From the human T2T-CHM13v2.0 reference genome, Homo sapiens: a stretch of 64,000 nucleotides of DNA. Positions 12,331 to 28,616 of this stretch are shown here, in pieces. The position numbers were made by a program, and so were the translations under genes. Under the pieces are notes generated by a model that was not told the origin of the DNA, searched no databases, and saw only the letters and a program-made list of their open reading frames with translations. The stretch lies in NCBI RefSeq assembly GCF_009914755.1, contig NC_060932.1; one strand, 5' to 3'. How positions within the stretch are numbered: position 1 is the first letter of the stretch; each line of letters starts with the position of its first letter.

Positions 12331-12812
12331 AAACATAGAAAAGTAATTATATGTATATTTTTGCTCAATCTGGTCCCCTAACGTAAACATACTCAAACAG
12401 CGCGCATTAAAAATAAAATAATAAAAATTGTTTTCTGGAGGACTTATATTTAGCCATCTTGAAGGAAATGGCTTAACTGGCTTTTGCTTTTTGCAAGCCT
12501 TCTGCAAAGTTGACGAGGACAAATATGTCTTGCTTGGAGATGGCCTTTCCTCGTCGTTTTCACAATGCCCCAAGGCTGGGTAGAGTTCGTTTTTTGGTTA
12601 CTCCTCCCCCCACCACTCCGCCTCCTTTCTTTCTCTTGGTCCTTGCCAACAAGCCTGCTGATGACTGAAAATGGACAGTAGGTGGCACTGTTGAGGAAAA
12701 AATGAGAGTGACTTTACAAATTAACCAACTTGGTCTTGGGAGATTGCGCTGAAATTGTTATAGGGTAAAACAGATTTTTCTTTCTTTCTTTTTTCCTTCT
12801 TCCCCTTCCAAG

Positions 12813-12960
12813 GATCTTCTGAGGGGTGGACTTCTTTGGAACTCGACAGGACCTTGAAGACTGGGTTCTTAGTCCTTATCACATATATGGGCTATAATGA
12901 ATAAGTCTAAACAGAAAAGTCGAATAAACTGGAAATGATGCTTTCATCACGTCGCACAAG
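12813..12960 (+). ncRNA. candidate downstream HAS2-AS1 exon
   Basis: Strong pyrimidine tract 12775-12809 followed by AAG|; donor uncertain (AAG|GTGTAG at 12961). Confidence 0.35.
12828..12854 (-). promoter_or_regulatory. nuclear-receptor half-site cluster (DR5/DR4-like, candidate retinoic acid response element)
   Basis: Minus strand AGGTCC-n5-AGTTCC-n4-AAGTCC, about 1.2 kb upstream of the HAS2 TSS, where I recall a RARE cluster being described. Confidence 0.55.
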
Positions 12961-14140
12961 GTGTAGTGTTGGGGGATGTGATTAGGGGTCAAGCATTTTA
13001 GTGCAATACCAGGTAGTCAGCCATCCCAGTCCCCAGGGGCTGACCTGCAAAGTACTGCGCGTTTCCGCCCCCTTCCCACCGCCCCCCCCGCCCCGCCGCG
13101 CCACACACACACACAGCGGTTACACCTCTGGGAAGCATTACCTTGGCCTGATGACTTCACGCTGCTCAGGGGACCCCACTGATTTCCCCCAGCAAACCTT
13201 CCTGCTTCAGCCTTTGTTTGAACTCCGCCTTAGGTGGTTCAACTCTTGGAGAGACTGGCTTAAATTTCAGATCACAATTTCATCCCACTTAATCAGACTC
13301 GAGCTTCCTGATTCAGTTTTTTGGTAGTTTTCAAATGCTAAACTATAATTTTAAATATATCACCTAACTTCTGTACTCTGACATATAACGTGGATTAAAC
13401 TGATTTAGAGGTAGAGTGGAAATTGTGGGGTGCCAAGTGTCTAGCTGTGAGGCCCCAGGGGGACACTTAACCTTCCAGCTCTAAACTTTCATGAATATGA
13501 CACGTAATGCGGGAATACCTATTATTGCCTACTAGCATTTAACTGTGCTGTGCTAATAGTTCAAGCAAGAAGCACATTTACTAAAACTGGTTTTCTTTAT
13601 TATAGAAAAACACATTTGTTGTTTCTCGCCTCTTGTAATTCATGACCCATAAGACAAAAGTAAAATGTTCTCTGACTGCAAATGGATGTAAAAACTGATT
13701 ATACAGCTACACATTTCTGTCATCCTCCCATCTCTACCCCAAAGAAAGAGGTAAGAGACTAATACAATGTGAAGCCAGAGGTGAAAGTTATTTGAAAGCA
13801 AACTTTCAAGTTTGAGAGAGACTTCACATTCAAATCCTATCTTTGATGTTTGCTGTTTGTGAGATCCCAGGAGCATATTTTACCTCTCTGGATCTTCATT
13901 TTCTGGTTGATAAATGGAGAAAATAGCTACAAAGTGGTTTTGATGATATAATGTGTTAAACTGTATTAAGAGCTGAGCTCAGTGCCTGCAACATTGTGGG
14001 TATTCAGAAAAACATTAGTACTGCACTCCTTTCCTTGCCTTCTATTCCTTAAATTATTCTTGGTGAGCATTAACCATGGTTTCATTCTAGGTTCTCTTAT
14101 TTGACCTACTTCAGCTTTCTACTGTCCCCTCACTCTTTTA

Positions 14141-14269
14141 TTTTTATTTTTTATAGAGATGGGGTCTCACTATGTTGCCCAGACTGGTCTCAAACTCCTG
14201 GGCTCAAGCAATTCTTCTTCTACCTTCCAAAGTGCTTGGATTATAGGTGTGAGCCACTTTGCCTGGCCC
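14141..14269 (-). mobile_element. FLAM / Alu monomer
   Basis: Single left-arm-like monomer; flanking repeat tcactctttta at 14130 and 14272. Confidence 0.8.
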
Positions 14270-15207
14270 CTTCACTCTTTTAGATTGACTTAGTCAGTGC
14301 CCATGAATATATCCCAGACATTCACATTTAATGCAACTTCTTTTCTGAGTCTCAGGCCAAAATTACAACTATCCGTCATGGAGTACTGATTCACAAGCAC
14401 CAAATTAAGAGACATTAAGATCCAGTTTCACAAATAAGCTATGGCAACAACCAATTGAATAACATTAGATAATTCACCCTTAGCTTTCTATCTTACAGGA
14501 GCTGTTTGGATCAGAAGATGACATCCTTTCACCCATCCCTTTCAGGTTTTGACATCCTAAAATGTACCTTATGGAACCCAAACCTGTTATGTTTTCACCT
14601 GTACAAGGCAACAGAGAAAACATGGTAGTTTTTACTTGAGTAGATGTGACTTAGCAATATGTTGTTGCTGACCTCCATCCCACAGCACAAAACATATGTT
14701 TATATGTCTGACAGACAAAGTATCCAGAACAAGGATTTAGTACCTTCATAATCCTCTGTATATGTGGTTCTAGAACTTTTGGTAAAGAAACTCTTTATAC
14801 TCTTATTAATTATTGAGAACCTCAAAAAAAGTTTATATGTTATATGTATCAATATTTACCACATTAGACATTAAAGCTGACTTAAAAAGTTAAAATACTT
14901 AAGTCATTTGAAGTAATAATAAATGCAGTTACATACCAACTTAATAACATTTTGCGAAAATAGCTATTTTTCAAAACCTAAAGTGAGAAAAGTGGCAGTT
15001 TTCCATTTTTGCAAATCTCTTTGCTGTCTAGCTGATAGAAGACAGCTGGATTCTCCTATTTGCTTTTGCATTCAATTGTTGTTTTGATTGAAGTATATGA
15101 AAAAAAATCTGGTGTCATACACATATATAATTGGGAAATGGAAGAGTATTTACATAGGCTTTTTTAGATATTCTTCCTTTATACTACATCAAAACTTGAT
15201 AAGTTGC

Positions 15208-15495
15208 AATGTTGTGAATTGGCCCAGGGCTTGGCCCTCTGAAGATTTGCTGAAAATCACTGACATGAAGTAGATTAATAGGATAAAAGGCATATACATT
15301 TATTTAATGTGTATACACAGCGGCCTTTAGAATGAAGACCCAAAGATACAGAAGAAATTGTCTGTTTTTATGCTTAAGTTTAACAAAGAATGGGCAGCCG
15401 TGTAGAGATAGGATAGGACAAAAAGGGCATAATCTAATGCTAGCTGACTGAGTGAGGAAGCCCAGCAAGGCCTGTCAGTGTCTCCTCAGTATGAG
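15208..15495 (-). mobile_element. ERV1 MER4-group LTR fragment (subfamily uncertain)
   Basis: ctgaaaatcactgacatga...taataggataaaaggcata...gaatgaagacccaaagataca resembles MER4-group LTRs. Confidence 0.55.
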
Positions 15496-15660
15496 TGAAT
15501 TTTGTGTACTCTGATAATACATTAAAATCTGTTTATGTACTCTGATAACACATTCAAATCTGTTGTTCTGTTTTATACTTTAAATGCATCTTTTATAACC
15601 ATTTATGAATTTGTAATATTGTGTATTGATTATCTAAAAAATACAGGTCCAATGAGTTAT

Positions 15661-15992
<332 letters not shown>

Positions 15993-16514
15993 AGGTCCAA
16001 TGAGTTATGCAGATTTTCTAAATGTTGACACATTTCATTTTTGATAACCCAAAAGATCACAATCATTAATATTACCACAATCTCATCCAGTGTCTTCAAA
16101 TATTAAGAATCTGTCATGCCCATCATGGCAAATACAAGTTCCCCAAAATTCTAGTTTTCTCTTGAAAGCTCACATATTATCATTAGCAATAAATACTGTC
16201 AGTTGCTTGCATTGTAGTGACAGGTTCACTTCATTCAATTAAAAAAAAAAAGGCTTCCAAATGCCCACATTTGAATAATAGTAGTTTGTCTATTAATTAT
16301 TCTTTCAAGTAAAAATTATGTTCCATAATAAAAGTGGCCAGTTAGTTAAGGCTTGCAACTCAATCACATGAAAGCTTTTCCTTCAGATAACCAGGGTAGC
16401 TGGGTGTGCAGCAGACTAAAGATGTCTTCTTTACTGTGTCCTTTCTGTTTCTTCACACAGAATGTTAAAAAGCCAAATACTCAAGGATTAAAATTTAATA
16501 AAATTAAAACTATT

Positions 16515-16815
<301 letters not shown>

Positions 16816-17770
16816 CAACTATTTACTGCTCTATCAAGGATCTTCTTAAATGAAACTTGCCATTTATTTCCTAGTGAGGGCTTGGGGGTAAAGCATGTGA
16901 GAATGACTGCTAGTACAGTTTGCTACCACTGACGATTTTCCAGCTAAGGCACTATCAGTTTTGCCCATCATTGTCTCTGCATCATCAATATAAATGTCAA
17001 CAAAGTGAAAGATTAAAATGCCTTAGAATTAATATTAAAATCATTTTGATGCCCTGAAAGGGCTTCAGGGTCCCCCAAATATCTACAAACCACATTAGAA
17101 AATACTGGTTTGTATTAAGCATACCAAATGCAGTAGTGTACAAATCTGATTGTTTTACTTTGAGAATATAGACAAACTTTTGCACATTGAGAAGATACCT
17201 AGCAATAAGAACAGGAATATTGATAGCAACTCTGTTTCACGATGCATGGCTATAGGAACTAGTAATGTTTAGTATGACACAGAAGATTCAGAGGACGCAA
17301 GAGACACTGGGAAACTTATATGCCTTGGATACACATGTGAGATTTAGCATATGCCCTATGATCCCAAGACTGTCTGTATACCACTGGGGATTAAAACAAA
17401 CATATTTCAGCTCTGCAAATGATGGAGTCTGACTGTGTAAAGATGGGAAAGAATTAACCTGAAATTTAGTTTTCTATTTCCAGTTTGCGTGAGGCAAAGG
17501 GATTTCCAGCATCTCATAGAAATTGGACTACTTGCCTTTTAGTGTTAATTCCAAGGCTGAACTCCCATGGCTCTAGAATTAATGCGGAGAAAATTTTGAA
17601 GATGGTATGGCTGTATTAATGATGGTCACTAGATTTTAAAATGTGAAGAGACGGAGATCTAAGCATTTATCAGACACTCAAGAAATTGGAATGAACAGAT
17701 TGGAAGAGATTAAAATACTCATTGATTCATTGATATAGATAGAGGAAGATCATTTTATTTATCATTGTAG

Positions 17771-18227
<457 letters not shown>

Positions 18228-18899
18228 TAATCATCTCTCAATAGTCCTTTCCACAGATGAGGAAATTAGCTTTAAAATATTATATGACTAAAGCTGTACC
18301 CTAAATGGTAGGTAGGTATTCAAAAGTATTTAAGGTCAATAATTGTGATCTGATTGACAACAAAATCATCAAACATAGCCATCTGGATCACTTACTGAAA
18401 AAGAAAGTCCTGTATTTTTGAACTTTACATTATATCGCTGAATAATTATGTAGGAGCAAAGTTTCATATTATTGAACAATTTAAATCTTAAGAATTATCT
18501 CCAGATTCATGTGTGTTTCAGATCTAAGGGCAGAAAGTTATCTTACATAGCCTAAATAACATGTTTATCAGTTGTATTTTTCTGGACCCAGATTATAGAA
18601 AAGGACAAAACTATCCTTAATTTAAAAGTTAGCAACTTCTGTCAAGAAAAGTTTGTGCTTTACAGGACAAAACAACAATAGCAGAAAGTGCTACTCAAGG
18701 GGAAGGTTTGTAATCTAATCGTCCTTTAACATTTTAATGGCCTTAATTGTAATCCCTAAAGATAAGATTTTAAAATATGTGTGTGTGTCCATAGCAATTG
18801 CTAATAATCTCAATGGGGGAAACAGATTAAGATCTACATTATAGAAATAATCTTCCTTGGAAATCATATGGCATTTTATCTTATTCCTGAAAAGCTTAA

Positions 18900-19282
<383 letters not shown>

Positions 19283-20040
19283 TGACTTGTTTCTTATTAG
19301 AGCGTGTAGTTGTTCAGCTTTTCTAGATAAAAGAATCTTCTTTGATAATTTGGGATAAAAAGTGACTCTGTTCCCAAATTAATAAATATGCATTTGAAAA
19401 TTTTCTCACAATTCTGGGGACATTACAAACTGCCATCCCTCAGGCATGTTCATGGACAGATTAAAAAGCCTCTTGTCCAATAGAAATATTGTGCGGTCTT
19501 TGGAAAGACTAAGAAATCCAAAATCTTCCTAGATAATTAGAAAGTAAAAAGCTTAGGAAACTTGTATTTTCATCTACAACATCCCTAAAGGAGAAGTTCC
19601 CAAGCTTCAGAGTACTTACAAATTTAAAAAGAAGACAAAGGGAGAAAAAAGTTAAGCCAACTTTAATTTTTTTCTAATGATTTACACTAATTTTCTTTTG
19701 ATGCATCAATTTGAGAGAGAGAATATCAAACTAAAGAAATCTTAGTCATTTGGGAGAAAGCTAAGAAACTGGGAATAAAAGATTTTTCAAGAATCCATTA
19801 CATTTCCCTTTTCCCAGGTATTGACACCTGATTTTATATTTTTTAGGAGAATAAGAAAATCCAAACTCTATTCCAAGTTTTCAAATTACGAAGCCTGTTG
19901 TTCACACACACAGGTGGCTGAAATCCTTGTCGGGGTGGAGGGGACCTAAACCAATTCAGTAAAGTGAGACTTCCTACCTTTATCCAAGAGAGGTGTTAGC
20001 TCCAAGACCCAATTAGTAGAATTATCATTCCAGTTGCAAA

Positions 20041-20133
20041 TCCAGGGCTGGTACTGTCGCTATCAGTCCTAATAATGCAATTATTCCAATTCCAGGGCTG
20101 GTACTGTCACTAGCAGTCCTAATAATGCCATTA
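20041..20133. repeat. 50-bp tandem duplication
   Basis: tccagggctggtactgtc(g/a)cta(t/g)cagtcctaataatgc at 20041 and 20091. Confidence 0.9.
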
Positions 20134-20537
20134 AGAAGTGCAACTCCAGGTATTAGTCACATCCTGCCTACCATGGAAGCCATAGCAGGGTAACTTGAGG
20201 ATGAAAGCAAGCAATTGAGAAGCTTACCAAATACATTATATTTTTGTGAATTATAGGTGTGTTCTCTCTCATAGCATTTTCTTTCTAGTATTTTAAGGTT
20301 TCCAAGTTCAATCCAGATCAGTGCCGGATTGAGAACTTAGTGTTCAATGATTCCAACTATATATTATGTGTAGGCAGAGAACCAGGACCTAGTTTGATTT
20401 TGTTCCTGACTCATCTCTTGCAAACAGCACCTGTTGTTTGTTCACACCAAATTTATCAGGCTTCTAATTAAGCAAATTGTTTGTTTTGAAAAGCCAGGTG
20501 GCTTCAAGAATCAGAGGTGAAAAGGAATGTAAAGCTG

Positions 20538-20726
20538 TACTTCTCAAAGTGGTCCGAGAGCGGCCTCCATTGCAATGATTTGGCTGCTGTTAAAAATATA
20601 AATTTTGTGTCCAAACCCCAGACCTAACTCATCAGAATTTACAGTAGTGGTTCTGGGAATATGTCTACTTTGAAAAAACTTCCCCAGGTCATTCTTATAT
20701 AAACTCGGAAGTTTGGGAACTTCTAC
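20538..20726. mobile_element. MER5A-like MITE
   Basis: ttctcaaagtggtcc...ttccccaggtcattcttat...aagtttgggaac. Confidence 0.6.
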
Positions 20727-21597
20727 TTTGGAGGGTGTTGTAGATGAAAACACAAGTTTCCTAAGCTTTTTACACATACCTCTTTAAAGTTATATTTGTG
20801 TCCTTAACTCTAATTGGATAACAAAACAGTAACAATGCCTATTTTTGCAGAATAAGATTGTAAATTCCAATTTTTTTTCTCTTTAATGACAGTATGTTTG
20901 TCTTGAACACCCTGAGGCTTATGTAATCAATAGGTTATCTGCTGGCACATTAATCCAGTGATTTCTGTTACAGGTGAGACAATATCAAGTATAAAATTGA
21001 GGGTTTTAGACTTGAACTACCGATTTGGGGCACCCTCACACTTCTATCTGCATGGTCTTGGGAAAGTTGCTCAATCTCTCTAAGCCTCAGTTTCTCTGTA
21101 TTTATATTCTCTCTTTATGAAATAGACATGGTAGTAAGAGAAGTTCATTGTGGGGAGTAAATAAAATTATCCTTTGAAAGCTCTGATAAGCAAGATACAA
21201 ATGTTTGCATAATTATGGGTGTTGTTGAAAACACTGTTAGGTTGAAAGATGACATGTGTACTCATCCCTAAGAACTTGCTCCTTGGTTACAATGAAGATT
21301 TTCAATTTCTTCTATTCTGGTAGGCTTCCTGCTATTGTATACTTCTACATTATGCTCAGAATTCAAAACTGTAAAAAGCTGGTCAAGACTTCTTGAAGGC
21401 TTACGAGCTACAAATGTGATTTTTAATTCCTAAAGAAAATCCCTTTAAAGTACTAATTAAGTATCAGCTGTAAGTATGTAGTTTAGAAGGAATTTACTAT
21501 ACGCGTTATTCACCATGTCTACTTAAATAATAGGAAGCTCCACGTTCAAAAGGCTTAAAAGACAAGTTTAAAATATTTCTTCGAAATAGTTGTTTTT

Positions 21598-21920
<323 letters not shown>

Positions 21921-23159
21921 GAAATAGTTGTTTTCTTTCTTCCCTATCGTAATTTACCCAGGGAAATTAACAGAGTTCTCATCTGGTTTTCAGCATACCC
22001 TTGCTTCATCGCATGCCTCCAAATGAATGATCTGAGGTGCGAGGAGGTCAAGCGACCCATCCAGGTCACACACAGTAGTAGGTCAGAGATTCAGGCCAAA
22101 TTGAATTTTTGTGCCAGGGCTTTTGACAAGTTTCTAGGAGTGTCTGAGAATAAATAGTTAGCTAAAACTGAGTCTTTACACCTTTGTTTTAGAGCAAAGA
22201 GAAAGGATACCTTTGTTTTTATTGATGTTTTCATTCAATTCAAATTTCTAAATAAAATAAAAAAAATTCTAAATATAATAATTGAGACATGACTTATTAA
22301 CTCTCCTCCAAATAACTGAATTTATACTGCTATCACATTAGAACCCTAGCAGAAGACTTCACCTCTTGGAAATTCCGGCCAATTTGATCTACTTTTGGCC
22401 ATCTCTCCTTATTTTGAGCCATCATGTTCACTGTTGCTGCATATTCATTCACCAAAAGTTTATTAAGCATTTACTGTAGTCCAGGCACAAGTCTTGTCAT
22501 TAGCATTTGCAGGGCTCCGCACAAGAATACTAACAGTGGCTCATATGCCATATGCCTAAATGCCTAATAGTTAGAAAACAAGTTGGCAAAATATTTGCCA
22601 AAATTAGTTCTTCCTACTTTGACAAAAAACTTTGCGTGGCCAATTTGAAATTTAGAATTCTCAAATGCTTCAGCATACTATGCCAGAACCACAGTGCAAG
22701 GAGAACATACTAGCAGCCACCAGCACCCAGGTACCAGTCTCCTGCCTCTGGCCGTCAGCCCATGCCTCTTTTTTCTCCACTTACGGCCACATCCCATAAC
22801 ATGATGGACTTTGCACACATGCCTTGAAAATCCTAGCTTGCACATTGAAGCTCATCCACAACTCCAGCAATCAGGCCCCCTTGCACCATTCTTTGTGGAC
22901 TCCTGTCCTCCAAACTCTTTAGTCTGATCTGACCTTAAACTTCCCAACCTAATTGCAAACTTTTTTGTTTACAGTACATGATATTAAACAAGTTAGTGCA
23001 CATTTTCATTACAATACCTCTCAGTCCCAAACTACTCTTTCTGTCTAAACTACTCTTTTTCCATCTCTGTCCACTTCAGTATTCTAACTCATCTCTCTGT
23101 CTCTTAGCTCTGACAGTACTCCATGACTAACTTTCACATCATAGTCATCATCTTTTATA

Positions 23160-23862
<703 letters not shown>

Positions 23863-24719
23863 CCACAGAGAGGGCCCTGAAGGGACAGTACTTGTAGAGA
23901 GAGGAATGGGATTTTTGGTATAACTTTACTTCATTTATTGTATAGTGCCAACATTTACTAAGTTTTCCCAGCTAGAGATTAGCTTCTCGTCTGCTACTTC
24001 CCTCATTCGATTAACAATCAAATCATTTTAATTTTACCTTTAAATATTTTTCAAATCCAATCTCCCCTCTCTAGCTCATGTATCATTCTTTTGTTTAGGT
24101 CCTCAGTATTTATAAACAGGTCTTCTGGTCATAAATTAGTATCATATGAGCCATCAGTATGAGGTATGTGAAGTGCACAAATCTAAAATGTCATTTTTGT
24201 TTCCACAAATATAATTGTATGATAAATAGAATATATGAAACCAGAAGGTAAAAGTAAATCCAATTATAATGGCAGTTACAATGAATATAAATGTGTCAAG
24301 CTTACTTGGAAACAAGAGACAGAATTTTATTCTGGCTAACACAAATACAATACATTCATGAGTCTATTTTTTTTTTTCACCAAACAGATTTTTTTTTAAG
24401 CAAACAAAATATAATGAATTAAGAAAAAACTAGTAGAAATTTGGAAATGACAGGTAATATACACCAAAGGAAATCCAGGATAGTAATTTAATATCAGTGT
24501 TACCTTATTCTACCACTGCTACTACATAGTAGAGGCTTATGTGTTTTTTATACTTATTGATTTGTTATTCACTTTGCCAATTAGCAATATCTTTTTTTGG
24601 TCTCATAGTCAAATACAGTTGCAAACTAGTAGTAGTAGAATGAAATAGCAACTAGGATTATAAGACTATATAAGAAAACCTAAATTAATAGCTAGGTATT
24701 TTTTAAAATTCTCATAGCT

Positions 24720-26040
<1,321 letters not shown>

Positions 26041-26052
26041 ATTTGCACAGGC

Positions 26053-26181
26053 TGTTGCCCAGGCTGGAGCAGTGGCACAAACATAGTTCAGTGCAGCTTC
26101 AAACTCCTGGGCTCAAAGGATCCTCCCACCTTGGCTCCCTGAGTACTTGAGACTACAGACATGCATCACCACACCTGTCTA

Positions 26182-26219
<38 letters not shown>

Positions 26220-26345
26220 ACAATTTATAGAGATGGGGTCTCACTGCATTGCCTAGGCTGGTTTCAAACTCCTGGGCTCAAGTGATCCTCCCACCTTGGG
26301 TTCCCAAAGTGCTGGGATTATGGGCATGATCCACTGTGCCTGGCC
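26053..26345 (-). mobile_element. AluJ with (CAA)n linker
   Basis: Antisense AluJ arms separated by (CAA)n at 26181-26223. Confidence 0.85.
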
Positions 26346-26984
26346 AAAATTCTGATTTTAATTCTTTTGGATAAATACCTAATCGTAAGATTGCTGAAAT
26401 ACATTATAGTTTTAATTTTTTGGCAAAATCTCCATATTACTTTTCATAGTGGCTGCAACATTTTTCATTCCCAACAACAGTGTGCAAGGATTCCAGTTTC
26501 TCCACATCTTTGCAATATTTGTTTTTTGTTTTTTGTTAATAGCCATCCTGACAGGTACGAGATGCTATTGTATAGTTTTGATTTGCATTTCCCTGGAGAA
26601 TGGTGATGTTGAACATTTTTTTCATATCGTTGTTAGCCTGTATGTCTTTGGAAAAAATGTCTCTTCAAGTCCTTAGCTAATATTTTAATTGGCATTTTAG
26701 TTTTTTTACTAATGAGTTGTAGAAGTTCTCTCTATATTTTGGAGATTAACTCGTTATCAGATATATGGTTTAGAAATATTTTTTCCTGTTCCACAAGTTG
26801 CCTTTTTACTGTGTTAGTTTCCTTTGCTATGAAGCAACTTTTTAGTTTGATGTAATTCTATGTTTATTTTTGTTTTTTTTTTTTTACCTGTGCTTTTGGT
26901 GCTATATCCATGATGTCATCCTCAAAACTAAGCTTTTTCTCTTAATTTCCTTCCAGTTTTATAGTTTTGGGTCTTACATTTAAA

Positions 26985-27778
26985 TTTTTTTTTTTTTTGG
27001 TATTTTTCTTTTTTATTTATTTATTTATTTATTTTTTATTGCTCATTCTTGGGTGTTTCTCGCAGAGGGGGGATTTCGCAGGGTCATAGGACAATGGTGG
27101 AGGGAAGGTCAGCAGATAAACAAGTGAACAAAGGTCTCTGGTTTTCCTAGGCAGAGGACCCTGCGGCCTTCCGCAGTGTTTGTGTCCCTGGGTACTTGAA
27201 ATTAGGGAGTGGTGATGACTCTTAACGAGCCTGCTGCCTTCAAGCATCTGTTTAACAAAGCACATCTTGCACCGCCCTTAATCCATTTAACCCTGAGTGG
27301 ACACAGCACATGTTTCAGAGAGCACAGGGTTGGGGGTAAAGTCACAGATCAACAGGATCCCAAGGCAGAAGAATTTTTCTTAGTACAGAACAAAATGAAA
27401 AGTCTCCCATGTCTACTTCTTTCTACACAGACACGGCAACCATCCGATTTCTCAATCTTTTCCCCACCTTTCCCCCCTTTCTATTCCACAAAACCGCCAT
27501 TGTCATCATGGCCCGTTCTCAATGAGCTGTTGGGTACACCTCCCAGACGGGGTGGTGGCCTGGCAGAGGGGCTCCTCACTTCCCAGTAGTGGCGGCCGGG
27601 CAGAGGTGCCCCTCACCTCCCGGACGGGGCGGCTGGCCGGGCGGGGGGCTGACCCCCCACCTCCCTCCCGGATGGGGCGGCTGGCCGGGTAGAGGGGCTC
27701 CTCACTTCCCAGTAGGGGCGGCCGGGCAGAGGTGCCCCTCACCTCCCGGACGGGGCGGCTGGCCGGGCGGGGGGCTGA
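26985..27778 (-). mobile_element. SVA (D/E/F-like), 5'-truncated: poly-A, SINE-R and partial VNTR
   Basis: SINE-R antisense cattcttgggtgtttctcgcagaggggg...; VNTR units gggctcctcacttcccag / cctcccggacggggcggctggccggg. Confidence 0.96.
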
Positions 27779-27860
27779 TCTTGAACTCCTGACCTCGTGA
27801 TCCACCTACCTCGGCCTCCCAAAGTGCTGTGATTACAGGCGTGAGCCACCGCACCCAGCC
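27773..27860 (-). mobile_element. Alu 5' head (~88 nt) fused to SVA VNTR
   Basis: Minus strand ggctgggtgcggtggctcacgcctgtaat...ggagttcaagatcagcc runs straight into the VNTR. Confidence 0.9.
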
Positions 27861-28050
27861 CCCGCAATTTCCTTTTCACGTAATGCATTGGTAGTATATA
27901 GGACAACTGATTTTTTGCTGTTGATTTTATATCCTGCAATTATATTAAATTTATTTATTAAACAGTTTTTTTAATGGAGTTTTTAGTTTATATATATAAG
28001 ACCATATAATCTGCAAACAGGAACAATTTTACTTCTTCCTTTCTGATTTG

Positions 28051-28616
28051 TATTTTTTTTTAACTTTTAGATTCAGGGGTACATGTGCAGGTTTGTTATA
28101 TAGGATTTTGGGTTCAGGGGTGCATGTGCAGGTTTGTTATATAGGATTTTAGATTCAGGGGTGCATGTGCAGGTTTGTTATATAGGATTTTAGATTCAGG
28201 GGTGCATGTGCAGGTTTGTTATATAGGATTTTAGGTTCAGGGGTGCATGTGCAGGTTTGTTATACAGGATTTTAGGTTCAGGGGTGCATGTGCAGGTTTG
28301 TTATATAGGATTTTAGGTTCAGGGGTGCATGTGCAGGTTTGTTATATAGGATTTTAGGTTCAGGGGTGCATGTGCAGGTTTGTTATACAGGATTTTAGGT
28401 TCAGGGGTGCATGTGCAGGTTTGTTATATGGGTAAACTCATGTCACAGGGGTTTGTTGTACAGATTATTTGGTCACCCAGATACTAAGCCTGGTACCCCA
28501 TAGTTACATTATTTTTTTCTGATTTCCTCCCTCCTCTCACCCTCTACCCTCAGGTGGGCCCCAGTGTCTGTTGTTCCCCACTTTGTGTCCATAAATTCTC
28601 ATCATTTAGCTCCCAT
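28051..28616 (-). mobile_element. L1PA/PB 3' end nested in older L1
   Basis: Poly-T then caggggtacatgtgcaggtttgtta...ggtaaact...tttagctccca. Confidence 0.85.
28065..28433. repeat. 41-bp minisatellite, 9 copies
   Basis: Unit ttttag(g/a)ttcaggggtgcatgtgcaggtttgttatatagga; starts at 28065, 28106 ... 28393. Confidence 0.96.

Larger units (their letters stand above)
9580..15500 (+). ncRNA. HAS2-AS1: HAS2 antisense RNA 1 (core locus; both ends approximate, longer isoforms may extend right)
   Basis: Known natural antisense transcript of HAS2 initiating in intron 1. Promoter motifs at 9459-9553, CpG island, and splice sites overlapping HAS2 exon 1 are visible. Confidence 0.78.

Noticed and set aside
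27029-27939. ORFs up to 126 aa
   Set aside because: SVA SINE-R/VNTR translations.
28065-28433. Regular repeat array resembling CRISPR
   Set aside because: No unique spacers; head-to-tail L1-derived minisatellite in primate DNA.
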